IMG/VR virus record: IMGVR_UViG_3300006213_000874
Strand: one strand, 5' to 3'
DNA from: an uncultured virus (IMG/VR IMGVR_UViG_3300006213_000874)
Lineage: Duplodnaviria; Heunggongvirae; Uroviricota; Caudoviricetes
DNA: 20,000 bases
A model generated the notes under the pieces. The model was not told the DNA's origin. It saw only the letters and a program-made list of their open reading frames with translations, and ran no database searches. Positions 16,096 through 20,000 of this stretch are shown here, piece after piece (the first letter of the stretch is position 1; each line of letters begins with the position of its first letter). A program made the translations under genes and the position numbers.

Positions 16096-17627
16096 ACGAG
16101 GAAAAAATGGATGAGCTGCTTCGTCTGATGCGGGCCATTGTTCCTGACACGTCCGATATGAGTGACGCCGGAAAAGTTGGGTTTGTATATAAATTTGATT
16201 ATGACCCGGCAGCGCCTTATGAAAAGCTTGATGTAGTTAAATACGGAATGTCCTTATGGACGCCAAAAACGGACACGATCGGGAACCCGCCGCCCGATCA
16301 GTCACAATACGGTCAAGAAGATGCGCAAGAGAATGATTTTTGGGTTTTGTTCCTACCTGGCGCCCTTGGAAGCGAATATGTTAAAAAGACCGATATATCC
16401 GCCCCTCCTACCGAAACCGAATCAGGAAAGCCCGGGGTAAATTATCCGGACGGCAAGACAATTACAATTGACGAAAACGGGATGCTTACGGGGGCGCCTA
16501 CAGGCAGGTCGCTTACAAAAGAAGAAATGAACACACAGCTTTCAGATGGAACGTTGGAAGACGGGAGCGCAGTGTACCTTTCCGGTAATGAGCAGGACGG
16601 CGACCGCGGGAATATGGTGGGGCTTATCATAGACGGGCAGTTTGTCCCGTATGGTATGGTAGGACTGCGCGACGGGGTTCCGGTATACCTGTTCAACACC
16701 TATGAGGAATACGAAGCGGCAAAGCCTAACCTGGTAGACCCATGCGTGTTCATTACGCTTGACGACCTTGATACGGGCGGCTGGACGTTTGATGATGCGC
16801 TTGATCCGGAGTCTGAGAATGCGGTGCAGAACAAGGCTTTGTATGCTTATATAAGTGGGATCATGACAATGGAAGATCCTATATCATTTAATGGAGGCGC
16901 CGGATATCACAATTCGATTTTTCGAGGAAAATATCTTGGTGATACACTGACGCAAGAGCAGGTAGCAGAAATTGAAGCTGGAACATTCAAGGATATGTTT
17001 GTTGGTGACTACTGGACAATCGGTGGGGTGAATTACCGCATTGCCCATCTTGATTACTGGCTGCGGTGCGGGGATGCAGAATGCACGAAGCACCATGCCG
17101 TCATAGTTCCTGACACCTGCCTGTATAATGCACAGATGCATAACACTGCATCCGGGCAGTATGAGGGCGGAGCAGCCAACACAACAGAGGGCGGCTATAT
17201 CGGTTCTGATATGTATAAAACGGGGCTTAACCAGGCAAAAACTATAATCAATAACGCTTTCGGCTCGGCGCATATATTGTCACACAGGGAACTGTTGGTA
17301 AATGCCGTCACAAATGGCAGGCCGAGCAACAATGTATGGTATGACAGCACCGTGGAATTAATGAATGAGCCTATGGTATACGGCAGCTATATTTTTACTC
17401 CGGCGCATGATGGCACGGTGATTTCATACCGTTACACCATTGACAAGTCACAGTTGGCGTTATTCGCATTGCGCCCGGATTTAATCTGTAACCGTGTGGG
17501 CTGGTGGTTGCGTGACGTTGTTTCGGGCGCTCATTTTGCCAATGTGTACTGGCACGGCCATGCGGACTGCTACTACGCTTCCAACGCTTTTGGCGTGCGC
17601 CCGGCTTTCGGGGTTTGCGGATCTTGA
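16092..17627 (+). CDS. Tail fibre / receptor-binding protein with a C-terminal CLec-like (DGR-target-type) domain
   Basis: RBS GGAGGGTG, TTG 16092 overlapping the upstream stop (alternative ATG 16077); HNSIFRGKYLG..GTFKDMFVGDYW..YRIAHLDY..HAVIVPD; ends WWLRDVVSGAHFANVYWHGHADCYYASNAFGVRPAF. Confidence 0.8.
   Translation: MNEEKMDELLRLMRAIVPDTSDMSDAGKVGFVYKFDYDPAAPYEKLDVVKYGMSLWTPKTDTIGNPPPDQSQYGQEDAQENDFWVLFLPGALGSEYVKKTDISAPPTETESGKPGVNYPDGKTITIDENGMLTGAPTGRSLTKEEMNTQLSDGTLEDGSAVYLSGNEQDGDRGNMVGLIIDGQFVPYGMVGLRDGVPVYLFNTYEEYEAAKPNLVDPCVFITLDDLDTGGWTFDDALDPESENAVQNKALYAYISGIMTMEDPISFNGGAGYHNSIFRGKYLGDTLTQEQVAEIEAGTFKDMFVGDYWTIGGVNYRIAHLDYWLRCGDAECTKHHAVIVPDTCLYNAQMHNTASGQYEGGAANTTEGGYIGSDMYKTGLNQAKTIINNAFGSAHILSHRELLVNAVTNGRPSNNVWYDSTVELMNEPMVYGSYIFTPAHDGTVISYRYTIDKSQLALFALRPDLICNRVGWWLRDVVSGAHFANVYWHGHADCYYASNAFGVRPAFGVCGS
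17490..17609 (+). other. Candidate DGR variable region (VR)
   Basis: Positions expected to vary use NNY codons (GGC, CAT, TAC, CAC, CAT, GAC, TGC, TAC, TAC, TTT) reachable from AAY by adenine mutagenesis; ends in GC-rich GGCGTGCGCCCGGC. No TR or RT in the window. Confidence 0.55.
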
Positions 17628-17716
17628 AAATATGAAGCATTTGGATATTTACTATAAATATTAAAATAAATTTTTTCGATATAGTCAAGTATCGCTTGAT
17701 ATAGGATAGGAGGCAT

Positions 17717-18223
17717 ATGAGCATTTCAATACTAGAAAATGGCACACGGCACAAAATCCAAACTTGGTCTTTGCCGGACGAAAAAATAGATAAAAACAGC
17801 AAAAATGCTGTTTCGAATAATGCAGTAGCGAAAGCGCTAGAACAGATGAAAGACGGAGTCGCGGAACAGGCCGAGTCTTTGGATGCTAAAATTCGGGCCA
17901 ATTCACATAATGTGTCTGAGATTAGCAAGCTTATACAAAAGTTTACGCGATATGATGGCAGGACGGATATGTATGTAGGCGACCTGGATGATTTAAGGGA
18001 AAACAGCATCTACAACTGCAATGAAAGCACGCTGCATGCACCAAAAAAGTTCACAAACTGGTTTTTTGTTGTTACTTTTGTCCACACACCAAATAATGAT
18101 TATGTTGCTCAGGTTGCGATACACATGAATGGCCCGGGCGGAAGCACGCCAATCGCAATCCGGAACTGTGGCAGCGGAGTTTGGGGAAGATGGCGTTATA
18201 TAGCAGTGCAAGAGGAGGAGTAA
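17717..18223 (+). CDS. Short tail-fibre protein with pyocin-knob-like C-terminus (intact, no poly-G)
   Basis: RBS AGGAGG; DLDDLRENSIYNC..HAP..WFFVVTF..YVAQVA..IRN..VWGRWR knob pattern; leader MSISILENGTRHKI resembles the downstream leaders. Confidence 0.75.
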   Translation: MSISILENGTRHKIQTWSLPDEKIDKNSKNAVSNNAVAKALEQMKDGVAEQAESLDAKIRANSHNVSEISKLIQKFTRYDGRTDMYVGDLDDLRENSIYNCNESTLHAPKKFTNWFFVVTFVHTPNNDYVAQVAIHMNGPGGSTPIAIRNCGSGVWGRWRYIAVQEEE

Positions 18224-18225
18224 CA

Positions 18226-18736
18226 ATGGGAATATACATGCAAAATAACAATGTAGTTCATCGGCTGGACGGAAATGGCGGGGGGGGGCATTCTTGAAAG
18301 AATAGAAAAAATTGAAGAAAAAATAAAGCAAATGAATTTTGAAATGTCCGAAAAACTTCCTATTAATATGGTAACAAATAGAACAGATATAACGGAAGCT
18401 GGGTATGCAGCAGACGCACGGCAGTTGAATCCGGCGCTGCCAGAAACACTTTCCGCAAAATTGCAAGATATTTTAAAATACCCACGGATCCGGAAGATTG
18501 TCGAAATTGCAGCCGCTTCCGGAAAGCCATTAGATTCAGGAAGTTATATATCAGTAAATGTAGATTTAACGCCATATGGATTTCTAAAGAAGCCATATGC
18601 GTTCTTAAAGCATACAACGTGGCTTGCGGTTCATTCCATCATCGTAACAAATGTGAATGCACATGTTACGCTTACAAATCCATACAATGATGCACATGAC
18701 GATTCGGCATCGTTTATATTGATAGAATTTTTATGA
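18226..18736 (+). CDS. Poly-G-interrupted tail-fibre/RBP gene A (out of frame at G9; G8 gives 169 aa)
   Basis: RBS GAGGAGGAG, ATG 18226; MGIYMQNNNVVHRLDGNGGGGHS* stops at 18297; the +1 frame continues ILERIEKIEE..ITEAGYAADARQLN to 18736. Confidence 0.75.
18280..18288 (+). repeat. G9 homopolymer, candidate phase-variation tract A
   Basis: AATGGC-GGGGGGGGG-CATTC. Confidence 0.9.
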
Positions 18737-18748
18737 AAGGGGATAACA

Positions 18749-19295
18749 ATGGGGTTATACATACACCAAAACAACACCGCAACCCCGATCGGGGGGGGGC
18801 GTAAGCAAAATAATATTAGACCGAATAACGGCATTAGAATCAGGCCTTGAAACGGTAAACCATGCATTGTCTTTAAAACTTGACTTGGACAAGGTAACAC
18901 AAAGCGATTCCATAACAGAACGTGGCTATGCGGTTGATGCAAGAGAATTAAACGCTTCGCTTAGCGGAACGGTTGCGAATAAAACGGAAAGAATTAATGA
19001 ATCTCTTTCCGGATGCAGCAGGCTTTTTGGGGGCCAGATGATAAACAGAGGATCGGATTTAAATGATTATTTAAGTCCTGGAAATTATTATTGCAGTTCG
19101 AATGCGATCGCAGGAACGTTGAAAAACTCTCCTATAGTCGATGCATTTACAATGAAAGTGGAATTTGCTACAGGTGTGGCATATCCATGTCAAACCTTGC
19201 GGGATTTTATTATCGGAACATTGTATTACAGGGTTTTTAATCCTTTTAAAAACCAGTGGACGGCATGGAAAAAAATAGATCTGGTTCCGATTTAG
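18749..19295 (+). CDS. Poly-G-interrupted tail-fibre/RBP gene B with pyocin-knob-like domain (out of frame at G9; G8 gives 181 aa)
   Basis: RBS AAGGGGA, ATG 18749; MGLYIHQNNTATPIGGG then stop at 18850; the +1 frame reads VSKIILDRITALESGL..ITERGYAVDARELN..DLNDYLSPGNYYC..WTAWKKI. Confidence 0.8.
18791..18799 (+). repeat. G9 homopolymer, candidate phase-variation tract B
   Basis: CCGATC-GGGGGGGGG-CGTAAG. Confidence 0.9.
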
Positions 19296-19313
19296 AACAG
19301 AAAGAGAGGAAAA

Positions 19314-19876
19314 ATGGGATTATATGTAAAAAATAACGGATCAGAAAAGAAAATCGGGGGGGGGCAGGACAGGCCGTACTAAACCGCATTGCGGCGCTGG
19401 AATCGGGGCTTGAAAGCGTAAGGCGGTCCCTGGCAGGCAAGCTGGATTTAAATAATGTGACACAGGGAACATCTATAACGGAGGCCGGATGGGCCGCGGA
19501 TGCGCGGCAGATGAACTCTGCTTATCCAGGCAGCATCGCAGAAAAGGTGGAAGGGAATGCCGGCAGGATATCGGCACTTTCATTCCGGTTTGCATTAAAG
19601 GCTGAAGTGGCAGGGAATGGGGAGACAACGGATATAACACTGCCGTCATACGGCGTGTATATCCTGATTTCGCATCATGGCGGCGTATGGACGACACTGG
19701 AGGGGATGGCATATATTTCCTGCAGCCCGTACCAGGATGCATATGTGGCTGAAAAAATATTTGGGCGTTATGACTTTGACGCTATGGAAATGTCTATAGA
19801 CACAGGGACAAGGGTTTTATCGGTTAAAAACCATTGCGCATCCGGATCCAATATTTATTTATATCAAATACTATAG
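19314..19876 (+). CDS. Poly-G-interrupted tail-fibre/RBP gene C (out of frame at G9; G10 gives 187 aa)
   Basis: RBS GAGAGGA, ATG 19314; MGLYVKNNGSEKKIGGGQDRPY* stops at 19382; the -1 frame reads AGQAVLNRIAALESGL..ITEAGWAADARQMN to 19876. Confidence 0.8.
19356..19364 (+). repeat. G9 homopolymer, candidate phase-variation tract C
   Basis: AAAATC-GGGGGGGGG-CAGGAC. Confidence 0.9.
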
Positions 19877-19894
19877 ACGGAAAGGGGCGGCAAT

Positions 19895-20000
19895 ATGAAT
19901 TTGTATATACAAAAAAACGGAAAGGCGGGCGAAATTGGGGGGGGGTAATAAAAACCCTTATAGACCGTATGGCGGCACTTGAGTCAGGTCTTGCAGGCCT
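19895..20000 (+). CDS. Poly-G-interrupted tail-fibre/RBP gene D, partial (out of frame at G9; G10 restores the frame)
   Basis: RBS AAAGGGG, ATG 19895; MNLYIQKNGKAGEIGGG* stops at 19948; the -1 frame reads VIKTLIDRMAALESGLAG to the window edge. Confidence 0.75.
19937..19945 (+). repeat. G9 homopolymer, candidate phase-variation tract D
   Basis: GAAATT-GGGGGGGGG-TAATAA. Confidence 0.9.

Noticed and set aside
17470..17608. TGCGCCCGG repeated at 17470-17478 and 17596-17604 as a possible TR/VR pair
   Set aside because: Only about 9-13 bp, both in coding sequence, with no extended adenine-specific alignment.
17628..17716. Hairpins after the VR-like segment (ATATTTA-CTA-TAAATAT at 17645-17661; TCAAG-TATCG-CTTGA) as a DGR cruciform or promoter
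   Set aside because: Short AT-rich stems expected by chance in this AT-rich spacer; no well-spaced -35/-10 pair found.
18275..19876. ORF-track starts at 18275, 18867 and 19457 as true gene starts, or these genes as ordinary pseudogenes
   Set aside because: These starts lack clear RBSs while the upstream leaders have them, and homology extends 5' of the starts in B and C. The only lesion in each gene is the same G9 tract at the same position, unlike random decay. Weak initiation at ATG 18275 is not excluded.
17717..20000. Shufflon-type invertible cassette system
   Set aside because: All cassettes are on one strand with their own RBS and start; no inverted crossover repeats or recombinase are visible in the window.

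Overview
Tail region of a long-tailed (siphovirus-like) phage or prophage, probably from a Clostridia/Lachnospiraceae-type host (inferred from RBS, promoter style and protein motifs). 1-4900 is an accessory block: two exported or membrane proteins, an autoregulated RHH-like gene, a P22-type antirepressor, a Rha-family gene and several small ORFs, punctuated by promoters and terminators. 4928-17627 holds a 2291-aa tape measure protein with an SLT domain, a Dit-like gene, a large tail protein with a probable intramolecular chaperone domain, an Ala/Ser/Glu-repeat fibre protein, and a fibre ending in a DGR-target-like CLec motif. The most striking part is 17717-20000: a tandem array of small paralogous tail-fibre or receptor-binding genes with different C-termini. 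Four consecutive members each have an RBS, an MxLYI..N-type leader and then a run of exactly nine Gs that puts the body out of frame; two need -1 G and two need +1 G. This looks like a poly-G phase-variable receptor-binding array. A second notable feature is a near-consensus antisense promoter and terminator in the antirepressor leader, a Sar-like sRNA candidate.
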